A DNA stretch of 63,009 nt, the filler included, from Rhabdomonas costata (Eukaryota), in assembly GCA_019059605.1 (NCBI GenBank). It is 25 parts of 25 records of this genome, joined end to end, with 100 filler letters (N's around TTAATTAATTAA, not from the genome) between each part and the next. Parts side by side here need not be neighbours in the genome. Positions count along the whole stretch, not along the records: positions 22,741 to 25,165 come from JAHMHO010003469.1; positions 25,266 to 27,691 come from JAHMHO010003470.1; positions 27,792 to 30,214 come from JAHMHO010003471.1; positions 30,315 to 32,731 come from JAHMHO010003472.1; positions 32,832 to 35,257 come from JAHMHO010003473.1; positions 35,358 to 37,782 come from JAHMHO010003474.1; 19 more parts are not named here. One strand, written 5' to 3'. The position numbers were made by a program, and so were the translations under genes. The notes beneath the pieces were generated by a model. That model was not told where the DNA came from. It did not search any database and saw only the letters and a list, made by a program, of their open reading frames with translations. Positions 23,540-36,921 of this stretch are shown in pieces (position 1 is the first letter of the stretch; each line of letters starts with the position of its first letter).

Positions 23540-24892
23540 TCAGCTCTGCCGCCAGGCGCAGAGGAAGGCTAAAACCGTATCCAGCGGAAGAGTAAGGTCG
23601 GTCCAAGTCCCCTCCTCATCGATCAGTAGAGGACTGGTCCCCTCCCCCCCTTGAGGGGTGGCGCGGAGCGCCCTGAGCACGGGAACCTTCGCGTATACCA
23701 ACCCCAGCTGGGGTGAAGTCGCGCTGGGAACCACGCAGACAGTTGGGGAAGCGGAGGAGCCCCCCGCAGAGGCGCGGCCTTCTGGACCTTCACTGAGCAC
23801 GAGCAGGATTCCGCTCAGGCGGGGCCACCGGTGTGAGAGAGCCTCCAGCAGTTCCAGGGCACCCTCCAAAGTGTCCGTGGGCCACTTACGCAGGAATATG
23901 ACCTCAGAGAATGAGAAGAGGTCTCGAAAGTTTTGCTTTTTTTTATTGCTGGGAGGTGCAGATTCTCGTTCCTTGTTAACCTCCCCCCCCCCTCCAAAAA
24001 TTGCGAACAAAGAGAGTGACTGACAAAAACTCACATGTGACGCGACTGAACTGCGCAAGGATTTTGTTCTCAGGTCAACTGTGTCTGTCCAGCTTTGGGA
24101 GTTGCAAACCACCCTCCCGAAACGAAACTCCCAATTTCGGAAATCCTTGAATCAAAACTGTTTAAGAATCACAGCAACAAACGTAGAATTGGGGGGGGGG
24201 ACTGCCACCTTTGTCCCTTCTTCTGCGGCAGAGCCCATCCACTGGAACCATCTCGCGACTCTTTGAAAGAAGATCTCCGGCAGGCCCGCCAGCCTGTCAT
24301 GGGGGAATTGCACCAACGGGGCCACCGGAACAGCCCTGGAGGGGTCTTCCCCAGTCCGAGGGTCCAGGTGCGCCTCCGCACAGCGGGCCTGAAAGATCAG
24401 GGCCTTGCCTCTGCAGAGCACGCAGTGTAAGAGCTAAGAGAGTGGTGCATTCCCTGGCATTGTTGTATTGCTTATCAAGCCCACTTCAAACTTCAAACGG
24501 ATGATGAATGCTCCACGCAGTTCATCCCAGGTTGCAATCTCACCACACCCTGTGCATAAATTATCTAAGAACCCTACGAATCTAATGACGAAGGCAGATA
24601 TGGATGCGTTCAGAACGGCTCGAAAATCCAGTTCAAATCGCAAAGGAAGGAAAAACGGTCCCGCAGACGGATGGGAGGAGGTGAGAAAGAACAACTTCGT
24701 GATTTCGCACACCCGCTTGAGATGAACTCAGTCACGAAGTCCAGGTAGGGAGTGGCCGCCCATGCCAAGGGGCACATCACCGCGGGCTGGGGCAGGACCC
24801 CCCACCCGCGGATGTACCATTGCACGCTGCAGTCCCCTCCCAGGGAGACCATCTTTACCTCCCCGGGAAGCACGAAGGCACTTCGGCAAGCT
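23540..24892 (-). CDS. DUF1796-like putative papain-type cysteine peptidase (exons 24713-24892, 24209-24410, 23540-23902)
   Basis: Motifs in the expected order: VSLGGDC ... PLAW ... FPHD ... FQRVARW ... VIFLR ... ELLEAL, matching the recalled SLGxxC / PFDW / HD / RRxxRF / LFVR pattern. Phases consistent. Confidence 0.72.
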
Positions 24893-25422
24893 CTGTTGGC
24901 TGGTCAGTGCGCACCTCAGACAGATAATCGGGGGTGGGGGGCTTTCTTTAGGCTTGATCCATTTGTTCGAATATGGGCAGGCCAGAGTTCCGCCAAAACC
25001 AGAACGCTGGAAACCTGCGATGCACTAACTAAACCGAAAGGTGGGCCTTCCTTGACCACAGCTCCAATGGCCTACACCCGCTCCCACTCATATCAAAGAC
25101 ACAGTGCCTCCAGTTCAATGAGTCAGTACACGGCCACGAATGTAGGAGGCCTACCGGCCACCAACNNNNNNNNNNNNNNNNNNNNNNNNNNNNNNNNNNN
25201 NNNNNNNNNTTAATTAATTAANNNNNNNNNNNNNNNNNNNNNNNNNNNNNNNNNNNNNNNNNNNNGGGTGTGGTGCGTGTGAGTGCATATTACAAATACG
25301 TTTATTCATACGTTCCATACTTCACTGCTCTTCGTTTCGTTCCGCATCTTGCCCTGACTCGCTTGTGCTTCTTGCTGGTTTTTTTTGCTGAAGGTCTGGG
25401 GTGCTGTGCGACCCGCTTTTAG

Positions 25423-27428
25423 GCGGAGTTTTCCCGCTCCTGCAAGCGGCCGTTCATGCGGCAAAAAGAGATGCAGCTCATGGTGAAGGGCGAGGAAGGC
25501 CACGACGAGGAGATGCCGATCTCCCTAATGGTTTTGAGCTGTTGATGTCTACTGGCCCCTTTCTGACGTGTTCCATTTTCGATTGCACGATTGTTTTCGC
25601 TCATCTTCTTTGAAATTTCTGCAGCAATCGATTTTGAGGGCGGTGCCGAAGCAGGCCCGGGGATGTTTTGTCATCTTCTGGATGTGGATCCCCGTTCGGA
25701 GTGTCTCAATGTGCAGTTTGGCTTTGTGTTGGATTTTGCCGAATTGTTTATGCCTTTTTTTTGTCGGCGCGCACCAGCTCGAGCCTAAGTGAGAAGTTTT
25801 CTGCACTTCGCATCTACATTGTGATGTTCCATCTTTTGCCCAAAAATGACACAGGGTTGGGTTCAGAGAAACGCTGATGGAGGCAGGCCATTTTCAATTT
25901 GATTTGTAATCGTTTAGGAGCCCCTTCTCTTCCCCAACTGCACCACTGAAGCTATTGTCCTTCGAATGCCGCGGATCGAAGACCCACCCCGCCGCGGACA
26001 GCGAAGCATCCTCCCTTCAGCAGGCATTGCCTGCACCTGTGCACACGTTTTGTGCTCTCTTAGGCCTACAACAACAAGATCATCAGCGATCTCCTGGACC
26101 GCACCCGGGACCAGAAGTCCAGCGGGATCAACGACCCCCTCAGCGGGATTCGAGAAGAACTGCACAAGGTGAGCTGGGCGCTGGGTAGACTTTTTGGAGG
26201 GCCGCCTTGAGGGGGGATAGCCTCTGACTTTTCAGCGTGTACTCTCTCCTGATGTGGCCAAGGATTGCCTTTTTCTTCTGGACGTTATTTCCAAGTTTTA
26301 CTTGTGGCACTTCCCGCTCAAACTGCCCCGAATTGTATACGCTTAGCGCCCAACGTCTCCCTGCCCATTTTTTCCAACTTCCGAAGGCTTCAGTTTCCTT
26401 TTGTGCAATGCCTGCTTCAGCGGGCCCTCCGGACAAAGTTGCGTGTTATTTGATTCACCAGAAGTCTCTTCGTTGAAAGCCACCTGGGGCGGACCTTAAC
26501 CCCTAAGCGCCAGAAAGCCTCCAACCACTGTCCTATGTTTGTGCACACCGAATCTTGTTGACAGCTCCTCTCCTTTTTCTCTTCCCACTTCCCTTTTCGG
26601 CGGACTTCGTGATATGAGAGGTGCTAGCGTCCCCCCGCCCCCGTCCACGACCAACCATGTTTCCCTCGTGAAAACATTGTATCTACGTGTTTGCCTCCTT
26701 CTTTTTTCTTCTTAACCAATCTCCGGCTGCCTACTCACAAACGAGCCAACCATCGGGCCACTCAATTCACCAAACAACCAGCGAATGAAATCAACCGACT
26801 AACGAATAAAATGAGATACCGACCGACCGACTGACAGATTGAATAACCCAGCATCCAAGCAGCAAATCAGGCAACCACCGCTTCCGGACAGCTATCCCAC
26901 CGACGAACCGATCAACCAGCCACCAATCGTTGTACAGGCCAAGAACCAGGGCTTCCGCAACATCTTCACCATGCTGGCCAAGGAGGAGGCGAAGCACACG
27001 GAGTGGATCAAACAACTTGCGCAGGACGGCGAGCTGGGCTCGGCGGTGAAGCAGAACAAGACTCTCCTGGTACTGCGGCTTCGGTGATGAGTCGGGGGGC
27101 TCTGAAGTCTGAGGGTTGAGCGAGTCTGTGTTGGATTAATGAAAGCCTTTTTTCTGTGCCTTCCAACACCAGAGGGCCCGATGGGTGGGAGGGGATAACC
27201 GCTGGAGTTCAGAAATTGTTGTTCAGTTTTGGGGGTCTTTGGTTGGGTTGGGTCGTTGGTGGGCCGTAAGTGAGTGGTCCCCACGCTTCTGCCGCTGATA
27301 GAGTGTCCTCCCTTTCCCAATCTTCCTTTGCCTCTCCCGCAGGGCGACATCAAGCTGATCGGACAGTCGATGAAGGAGAGCCGGAAGGACCTGAACAAGC
27401 TGTGCGCGGACCAAGTGGAGCTCTACAG
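25423..27428 (+). CDS. Protein fragment with a rubrerythrin/ferritin-like domain fused behind an unknown region (exons 25423-25530, 26064-26168, 26938-27069, 27343-27428)
   Basis: Four in-phase GT-AG exons. KAKNQGFRNIFTMLAKEEAKHTEWIKQL...DQVELY carries the LAxEExxH di-iron helix motif. Confidence 0.72.
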
Positions 27429-28760
27429 GTGCGTTTTCATTTGTGCTCGTTCAAAGCGGGGAGCATCGCTCTCGGGCCCAAGCAGGACATTCCAACCTTT
27501 TGTCTTCCTTGTGCATCAATCCATGATCTCTGATGCTCTTGCTTGGGGAACACAAAATGACACCGCCCGCTAATAGAACTGGTTCGTCCCCAATTCTATC
27601 GCGATAACAACTTTCAGGAGGTTGATTGGCGGTGCGCCTTCGTGGCGGTCGATAGAGTTTCCTTGTGGTCCTGGAGCAAACAAAACCAACANNNNNNNNN
27701 NNNNNNNNNNNNNNNNNNNNNNNNNNNNNNNNNNNTTAATTAATTAANNNNNNNNNNNNNNNNNNNNNNNNNNNNNNNNNNNNNNNNNNNNAGCAACTCA
27801 TTGATTGATTGATTGCTTCAAATCGACGAGTGCGTTTTATTATTACTGGACACCAGCCAGCACCCCGCGAGCTGACCGGGATAAAAACCCTTGAAAAAAA
27901 GACTAATGTCAAATATCTACGAGCAGCTCAAAGTATGGAATCAATAGTGGGGTTACATGACGCTTCACCTTCGAGTCGATTTGGAAAGGATGGTACATAA
28001 TGTGATGGCCTCCCACCAGCCCATGTCTTACGGAAAGGTACGCCATGGCAGCCGCCATAGAAGGGACCAGAGAAAACGAGAGTAACTCTACGTAAACCCG
28101 TTGCTGCTGGGGCGCACGTTTTCTTGGAGAGACAGGCCAACGAGAATGCCGATAATATCAAATCGAGCACCTTCTCGTAGCAGTCCACCATTCGCAGCAC
28201 AACCTCTCGCCGAACCCATTGCCAGCTGAACAGCACCTCAGGATCGCAGCCTGTAAAAGTAACCGCCCGAATCCCCACCATGACGCCGTCGAAAGAGATC
28301 GAAACACGCTGGCAATTGCACCTTGGGCCTACCTTTCAGATGCTCGCCCACCCTCCAACAAAATGAAAGCATCCAGGACCCATCCACGATACTGGGTGCT
28401 CATCCGCTCCGTTCTGCAGCCCAAAACATCCTGGAAAAAAGTATCAGGGGACCCGATTCTCTAACGGAACCCCAGGGACCGGTGCATTCCCACACAAATC
28501 ACCCCATCATGCATCACTCCCCCATGCGCTTTGGACTAGGCGGTCAGTCCACAGTGCGGCTTGAGCGGAATGCTCAAGCGGGACCTTCCGGGGTGGGCCG
28601 AAGCCACATCTAGCCTTCCCACCCACACACCCACGGGCCGCCCAATGAACCACTCAATGGCACCACTCATCAACCCCAAACAACGATATTTAAATAAGCA
28701 AGGAGGGGGAAAGGTTGAAAATGTAAAGAAAACGCAGAAACAAAATCAGGGCGATGGCAC

Positions 28761-30020
28761 CTGGGTTGTCTGGGCCCTCCTCCGGGACCCTCTCGAACAG
28801 CAGCTCAAAAACCGTCACCACCTCCACCTTCCCAGGAACCACCACCCGACCCAGCGTCCGAAACTGGAACTCCGCGGCAGCGCCCTGCGCGGTGATCTCC
28901 GAGACCATCACCGTGGTCCCGAAGAACTGCAAGAGCCAAGAAGGAGAGGGAGGGAGCCCACCCATAGCACAAAGTTAAAGGTCACCTTTGCAGCCACTAC
29001 GGGCACTACGAGTGCCGAGGGGGCAGGTGTGTCTCAAATGATATGATGAGATAACTGCCTTCTTGCACGGTCTTCTTCCTACCTTCCTACCTGTACACTG
29101 AATGGGAAGCACACACAAAAGAGGGAGAGGGAGGAAACCCACCCACAACACAAAGACATCGGTAACCGTTGCGGCCGCCCAAGCTGCCGAAAGCGACTGA
29201 GTTGCCAGCACACTTTTTGGAGGGGAAGTCAAACTTTGGAAGACACTGATCATTCGAAAGTTTCCAAGTGCCACTTTTATGGATGGGGAGGCAGTCGGAC
29301 CTTTCCCATCTAAAATGATGATGAAACCGTCCTCTCGCACGGTGCTTCCTGCCTATTGACTTAAGCGTGTGGTTCGCCTGATTCATTGTAAAAGCAATTG
29401 AGCGTAAGCATATTTTCGGGCAAGCGGAGCACTTCGCTGCAGCCTTCCACAGCCTGCATTTTGATGGCTCACCGCTCACAGCTCGATGGCTCACCGTTTG
29501 CAACAGCCTGACTTTGAGATGTTAATCATGCTCAAAAGGATGAGAAACCACAGCTGAGTCTTGCACGCGCCTCCGATGGATTCCGCACACCTTGTTGGAA
29601 GCTTCCAAGCGACTGGCCAGGTTCACTCCATCTCCTGTGTGCGAACCCCGCGAATCCCGAACCCGAGTCCAAGTCCCAATAATCCTAAACTTATCCAGCA
29701 GTCCAAGGCAAAGAGATGTGATTTGGAATGTAATACATGCAAAGCACGCATTTGACTACGTCCATGAAATGACGAGTTCTTGTTCTTGCTCGATGTTTTT
29801 GTATAGGGGCAATTCGTGAGCTCCAGATCGCACGTACGACACAGAAAGAGAACGAGGCGCATTCTATAACCACTCTCGCCATACAAAAAGAGAACGAGAA
29901 GGGAAGGGGGGGGGGGATGCGATGGCCGGGGGTCGCTGACCAAGGGCGGTGTAGCCGACTCGGTGCAGGCAGCCATAGTTGCCCACCAGCACACGGTCCG
30001 TGTTGATTCCCATTCGAAAT
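28761..30020 (-). CDS. Class III adenylate/guanylate cyclase catalytic region (exons 29941-30020, 29591-29634, 28761-28926; a further exon likely near 28150-28236)
   Basis: FRMGINTDRVLVGNYGCLHRVGYTALG-DGVNLASRLEASNK-FFGTTVMVSE...VPGKVEVVTVFEL. Catalytic N-x-x-x-R is intact. Confidence 0.93.
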
Positions 30021-30314
30021 CTGAGAAAGCGGAGAAGACCGTTCCCCCTATACAGCAGGGTAATGCTGACCGAGAGAAGCAACACAAATCGCCGTAACCC
30101 CCACTACTCCAGACAGTTACCGAAAGATAGATCAACTACTTCAAGGGCAATTGATTGGGTGGGACCTGGGGTCAACATTTTAGCAGTGCCAACCGTTTGT
30201 TCTTTGGTTTCGCANNNNNNNNNNNNNNNNNNNNNNNNNNNNNNNNNNNNNNNNNNNNTTAATTAATTAANNNNNNNNNNNNNNNNNNNNNNNNNNNNNN
30301 NNNNNNNNNNNNNN

Positions 30315-32431
30315 GGGGTGTGGGAAGGTGCATCCAGAATTGCTAGGCATTGATCCTGGGAGGAGAGGAGGATATCGATAATGAATAAATTAATGACCCT
30401 CCTGGGAACTTTTTCAAATCGCGCTTTGCCATATATTGACCGCGTCAACACGAAAGAAATTTCACTCGCTGTTCATCAAAGTTTTTAATTTCGGCCTCGC
30501 AGAGAGAAAATGGTCGAAGACCAACGCTTGTAGCTGCCTGACCGCTCAAAAGGGGCCTTTTCGTACGTTTTGTACGTTTTGGGCTTTGTCTGAGCTCTCA
30601 CTTTGGACCTGACTCGGAGCTATGACTGAGAAGGAAAATAGGGGATGATATTGGTATTCTGGAAAAGCTCACCGGACTTCTTCCTTTCATTAAATTTAGC
30701 TCGCAACGTAAAATGAGAGTGTGGCAAATAAGGAGCCAACAACTGCTACACGTATGTTCCTCTCAAAGAAGCACCATTAATTAATTTTGTAATTTCGTCT
30801 CCGTGGTGTAACCTTGGGTGGTTTCGTGGCTGGGTTGTGGGGGCACTACGGTTTTTATCTGGTGGGAACCAGCTGCCGAATGCCTTGGACGTCCTAGCAA
30901 AAAAAGGAAATCTAGTGCCTGCTGAGCGAGAAGCGATGCACAGGTGAAAGGAGGGTTTGGGCTGGTGGTGCGTGGGGAGGACCATAGCCATATCCCCGAA
31001 GGTCATGTACTTGCCCACCTCCCCACATGGTGCTCCAAAGAGGATTCCCGCGCTGTCGGTCCAGTCTGCAGAAAGGCGTCGGAAGATGAGAAGACCCGAC
31101 ACACAATGTGCAGCAGCGGGGTGACGCCCAACCACTCTCCCACTCACCACAAAAAAGCGCTGGCTCACTCCGTTTGACAAATACATCCGAAGTGATGCAA
31201 ATGAGTTTTTCTGAAACTCGACCGAACAAACACCGCGAAGCGCGCACCTGCGAGTAGGGCGCCCAGGTTCGGGTTCTTCGGAGATTCTACGAGAACGGCG
31301 CGCAGAAGGAGCACAAGGGAAGGCGCCAAATGGAAGGCAGTGTGAAGGTATCAAACAAATGCATTATAATGAAGATGATTCACATTCGGTCAAAGAAATA
31401 TTCAGCGACCAGTTCTCACTGCACGCATTCCTTACAATTTGAAGGTCAAGGAGGCCACTGCTTCCCACCCATGCACACATCTGGCGCAGTCTCCTGCATA
31501 AAGAGAATGGAAAGAGCGATGAAAACAGTCACCAAATGCATTCCTTTCCCTTCACAAAAGGCACCAACCAGCAATAACACTAACGCGCTCAAACCTAACG
31601 AACTGCAGCGCAAACGCCACCACTTTGTAAGGCAAACAAGCGAAAATGACGAGGTTCCATGAGAGGAAACCAAAGGAGGGACCAAGGGGTGCCCCGCACT
31701 CCCCGAATGACGGCCAGCCACACCTGCACGAGGGTGCGTGGGGCGGAAGCGCAGCAGGGTCTGAGTGGCCCGGGCCTGCGCCTGCCTGGGCCCAGCCCAG
31801 GCCTCGAAGCGGGGGATGCGCAGGGTAAGGTTCACCAGCGGGGGGCTGGCCCCTCCTTGGGGTGCGGGCCTGAGCTCGCGCACACCACAGTTTCCCCGAA
31901 GGTCACCGCCCCTGAAGTCAGCAGCGAGGGCGCCCTCAACCCCAGCCCCAACCCTAGAAAGTGCAATTCAGAAGACCCTATGTTGCCATCAACACCCCTG
32001 AAGATTATCCTCACCGGAGCATGCAGAAATAAAAAGTGATTCCCACAAGGTGCTATCGAAGCTGTGGGAAATGGAAAACACCCGTTGTTGGGACTGGTCA
32101 TTGCTCTTAGTCTTATTTGCCGCACTGATCAAGGATCATTTTATGTCAACTTTGTTCCCAGATCCACTGAACTCTAAACGCCAACGCCAACGCCGAATTA
32201 CCCAACCTGAACTTCAACATGGGCCATCCGACTGCTGCATACACTTGTATGCCGAAGTGAAAAGGTATCATTAACAGCCAATTGCAGGAAGCGGCTGCTT
32301 GGCAATGAGACACACCAAGCAGAGCCTTTGAAGAGCTGGCACTGCACAGATCGGTGACCCGGAGCCCCAGATGGACCACCGAGGGCCCACCGGCCTGGTG
32401 AGGGTACCGCACCACTGCTTGAACTTTGCCC
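30315..32431 (-). CDS. Hypothetical multi-exon protein fragment
   Basis: Exons at about 32316-32431, 31724-31953, 30982-31065 and 30315-30355 join in frame through GT-AG introns. No family recognised. Confidence 0.55.
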
Positions 32432-33213
32432 CTGAAAAATTCACAAGCCACAAAAGCTCGGAGTACACACAAACGATGGCTATGCCTAAGATTTCACCCG
32501 GAGACATACACAAAAACTACCCCTGGTATTACATCATCAAGAGTTCTATGCATTCCTTGGGTGGTTGCTCGACTGCCTCCGCGCGCGCGCGCGAGGCGAA
32601 AACAACACAACAAAAGCGGCCTTCTTCTTCAGCGCAACACAAACAAAACATGCACATGATAGAGGCGTAGCAGTGTCATGGGAAAGACCGTTTCTACCCC
32701 CCCCCCCCAATTTCGTTCGAACCACCACCACNNNNNNNNNNNNNNNNNNNNNNNNNNNNNNNNNNNNNNNNNNNNTTAATTAATTAANNNNNNNNNNNNN
32801 NNNNNNNNNNNNNNNNNNNNNNNNNNNNNNNGTTTTGGTGTAAGTTTGAGTTGAATTGCTGCTGCATTATTATGAAAATCATACGGTTGTTTGGTATGCG
32901 CATCCTAGCAACAGCACACTGAAATGGTGACAAAATAACATGCTTTCTCACGTGGTAAGCAACTTGACAGGGGGATTGGAAACTTCTTCTTTCGGTTTAT
33001 AGCCTTTTTCAGACAAATTTTTGGGCATCATTTGAATTAATTTTCCTTTCAGGTTCTTTTGTGGGCACTCTTTGCAGAATTATCGTTTCAATTGCAATTC
33101 TAACTTTTTAACATGACCTCCCGCCGTACACAGTGAGCAGATAAGGAGTGGGAAAACCATATCAATGTGAGAGATACAAGGACACAGGCCGCGGGGCATG
33201 GGGGAGCACGCAC

Positions 33214-34363
33214 CGCGACTGAAGGACCTCGTGGTACACCTCAACCATCAGGGTACCCTGCTGCTCCGTGAGCATCCACACGCCAAGCCCCAACCCCACA
33301 ACTGTGCAAAAAAAAAGGGGCAAGCGTACCCACGCCGAAAGCATCTGCCCCTGATTACCACAACCATTCAACGGGGCGCGTTCTGGCGTCCTACAGACTC
33401 TTTATTGAAAGGGATTTGCTCCAGAATCCCTGCTGGTTAGGGAGTGGCTAAGAGCGCTGTGCATCGGCAGTCTTCTATGCTGAGGGCAAAGCCGAAGTAG
33501 CCGAAGCAAGCCTGGTGTATTTTGACAAGAACAAGCCTCTCTATGACGATGAGGAGGGTATTTTTTTATGCCGCTTCTTACCTCACCTCAGCGGAGGGTC
33601 CAGAACTTCCATGCCCAGCGCAGGACGACGCCAACGCCTCGATGTGGGTGACTGCCTTCACCTCTATGTATTCAGTATTCTGTCTCATATGACCATATTA
33701 CAGCACTCACCGCCGGGGGGACCGTAAAACATAGGGAACACAAGGAAGGGTCGCGAGACCCCGAAGTGCCATTGGGGAGTTTCCTCAGTAAAGGCGGTCT
33801 CCACACATTTGCATGGTCCCTTGCTAATTTCACTTCAAGACCCCCCCTCCCACAAAGGTAGATGCATGGCGCACAGCCCAGCAAACCGTGGCAGTAGGCT
33901 TTCTTTTTCGCGTGCGCGGCGCGCATGTGCGCGTCGTAGAGGAAGGGCTCAATGCTCATCCGAAGGCGCTGCTTATAAACCTGCGACCGCATCCGGATTC
34001 CGCCCAACAGCAAAGTCGAAAGGAAAGCCGCAAAATGGGAAATGCATCGCTTATATGGGTGGGAACCTTCTCTCTTTGTCTCTCTTCTCTCGGCCTCCTG
34101 CCAAAAGATAGAAAATGCTTTGGGCGCTTTTTTTGTGCTGGAAGACGCGGCTGAAACCCCGTCAGAAAGAAAACCACTTCTGGAGTATACACCGATGAAG
34201 TGTGTTAACCAGAGCAAACAACGGAAGAGATTCAAAAACCACCGAAGCAGGCTCGAAGACTCCACAAACATTCTCCCATTTCTCCACGGCACACCTTGAC
34301 GTTGAGATATATGTCGGGCCGTGTCTTGAGGAAGTCGGAGGACAGGCCAGGCTTGTCATGCAC
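33214..34363 (-). CDS. Hypothetical protein fragment with a possible transmembrane segment
   Basis: VHDKPGLSSDFLKTRPDIYLNVK|VYKQRLRMSIEPFLYDAHMRAAHAKKKAYCH|VVGLGLGVWMLTEQQG. GT-AG introns, for example 33981-34294. Confidence 0.6.
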
Positions 34364-35357
34364 CTGCAGGAAAAAACCCGGTGGGTACTTCCCACAGCAA
34401 AAGAAACGCACCAATCACTACTATTACTACAGCCCACCTATACTACTACAGCCCACCATGACTCTGTGAGTTATTAGAAATTATCGAGCGGAGTTGTGTG
34501 TCTGATAACACGATTAAGGGATGACGGAGAAGAGGATTCTATTGTTTTAGGGTTTTGGGGTAAATTTGCCCCACCATTACCAGCCAGCATCATTCTGTAA
34601 CCCTCTTTGCCAAACCTCCTTCGTTGGAGCCCCACCACACAACACAAAGATTTTTCAAAACGCCATGAAAATCTTTACTCCATACCTGAAGGGGATATGC
34701 TCAGGGCTATATTTTGGTTTTGGCTGGGCCAAGTGTTTAAACTTTCATTGTGTGGTTTACTGTCCGTGTCAAATCAGAAATTTAACTTACAAGTATACTT
34801 CATACATGTATAACAAAAAGTTAGGTCAATCACAGAAATGGATGTGGCTGTGTTTATTACAGTTGTGGAAGTTGCCATACTCTCAGACCTGTGCTTTCCA
34901 TATGTAAAATCTCCGCGCGTCCGCGGCACGAATTGCATTTCTGTTCACGGGAGATCAATCGCCTGTGGGGGAGGTGGAAGGAGAAAACACTGGAAGCACT
35001 CCTAAGGGTTTTGAATTTGTTTGGACTTGGACATGAGCGAATAAGCGAGTGATGGAGAGACTGAGAAATCTCTCTCACTCTCAATAGGTACGTAGACAGA
35101 CAGATTGATTGAGTTGACGCATCATGAAGCAGAATCCATCAAGGTGCAACGGGGACATAACCAGAGCAGACAGAACAAACCAAAAAGCAACAATAATTTT
35201 CAGAAAGAGCAGAGGCTGTAGTAGAGTTGATACAAACGTGAAAGGAGCAAACAAAACNNNNNNNNNNNNNNNNNNNNNNNNNNNNNNNNNNNNNNNNNNN
35301 NTTAATTAATTAANNNNNNNNNNNNNNNNNNNNNNNNNNNNNNNNNNNNNNNNNNNN

Positions 35358-36921
35358 GGTGGTGGTGGCGAAGTTCACGCTCTTCGTCAGGTACCTCGGA
35401 GAACGACAGGAAGCTCTGGCGGGCCCTCCACAGGTCCAGATCAATGTCCAGGTAGGAGAGCGCGTTCAGCGTATTGGAGCGGATTGCCACTCCCGTGCCT
35501 GGAGGATAACAGCAAGAAGATGCAGGGTGCTGCGCAATTTCCCGTGAACGACTGAAGGAACCAATCTCTGTTCGAATATCCCTGCCTAAACAATTAGCGG
35601 TTGCCCTGTGCCTAGCCGTGGCCCTAGTAAACTGTCGAACTTTACCCTCGTCACGTTCATGTTGCCCCTGGCGTCAAGCCTAAACCACCACTGTATTTCC
35701 TATTCAGTGAGGTATCGGCGCATCGCGCAGTTTTCTCGCAGGTATCCGTATTGAAGCCCAACGCTTAAGTAATATATCCAAAACTGCAGCAAGGAGTACA
35801 CATCAAGCTACAGCACTTACCTTACAACGTGAAAGTATATTCCGTCGACGAAAGAATCCGAAAAAAAGTCGGACGATAAAGAACTCACTGTGTTCCTGAG
35901 TGAGTGAAGTAAAAATTCGAGTGACATGCCGTTGAAGTACTGCGTTGGCGGCGGCGTGTTCAACGTGACGTTGAAGGAGGTGCCTGTCACCAGCACATCC
36001 ATATCCATCCCGAGCAGCTGCGTCCAGTCCGGCATGAAGGTAGACCCGATCAGCACGATGTTCATGTCTGTCTTGTACAGCTTGCGCAGCTGGGTCAGCA
36101 CCACGGGAAGCTGGGCCGTGGCGTCAAACTGCAGAAGAATTGCAAAAAAGGGCTGGTCGAGAAAGTACTAAAAGAAGAAAGTTTCGCCAAAATCAACTTG
36201 CGCTCAGCAGGAGACCCATTACGAAGGCGGCTAGGGGAGGAGCCGGAGCCGCATCCTAGAACTGCTTTGGGAGGAGCTCCATCAGCTTCGAAGATTGACG
36301 CAGCGACTTTTCCAGCGTGGCCAACCCTCAGGCCAGGTGGATATAGGGGCCCAGGTGCAGCAGAGGAGAATCGGGCAGCGTTTAAAGAAATACAAAAACC
36401 ATGGGGAAGGTCTTCTTGGTCCAGTCCAGGATCACCACAATGCCCAGGGTGAGGTTCCCCGTGGCCGGACTAGGCGGCACGACGAGGTGGCGGCGGTAGA
36501 TGGCGTAATAAGCGCTGTCCTGGTCGAGGTGGGCGTTGGAGCACACTGGGGGAACGATCATGTTCGTGAACAGCGGGTAGATGGAGTCGGGGGAGGTCGT
36601 CAGTAGCCCAGCTTCGTCAAAGGCCCACCTGCGCAGAGGGCGTTTGCGTACTGTTGAGCTATGTGCGTGTTTCAGAGGAAAAAACAAATAGTAACAATAA
36701 TAAGGTTGAAAATGGAGGGGTTTGAGTAGAATCAGTGAGACACGAGGAAAGAGATAACGCGAAAAATGATGGCAGAACGAACTGGGAGCAGTCCTCCAAA
36801 AGCTAACAGACCCGACAAGGCCGATGTTGCCCGCTCGCTGCCACACCACGTTGTTCAAGGCGAGGCCCTTGGGGGGGAACTCCACCACCTTGGACGACGC
36901 ATCCAGCCACCACAGCGTAAT
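35358..36921 (-). CDS. Hypothetical protein fragment, 4 exons (~36812-36921, ~36400-36628, 35930-36128, 35358-35498); possibly an extracellular/sensor region
   Basis: Strongly GC3-biased exons join in frame; the last intron requires a GC donor at 35929. Confidence 0.7.

Noticed and set aside
35815-35826. Canonical-looking AG|GTAAGT donor (minus) as an alternative to the GC donor at 35929
   Set aside because: Its phase puts the next exon into a frame with a stop, and the extension has AT-rich codons unlike the exon.
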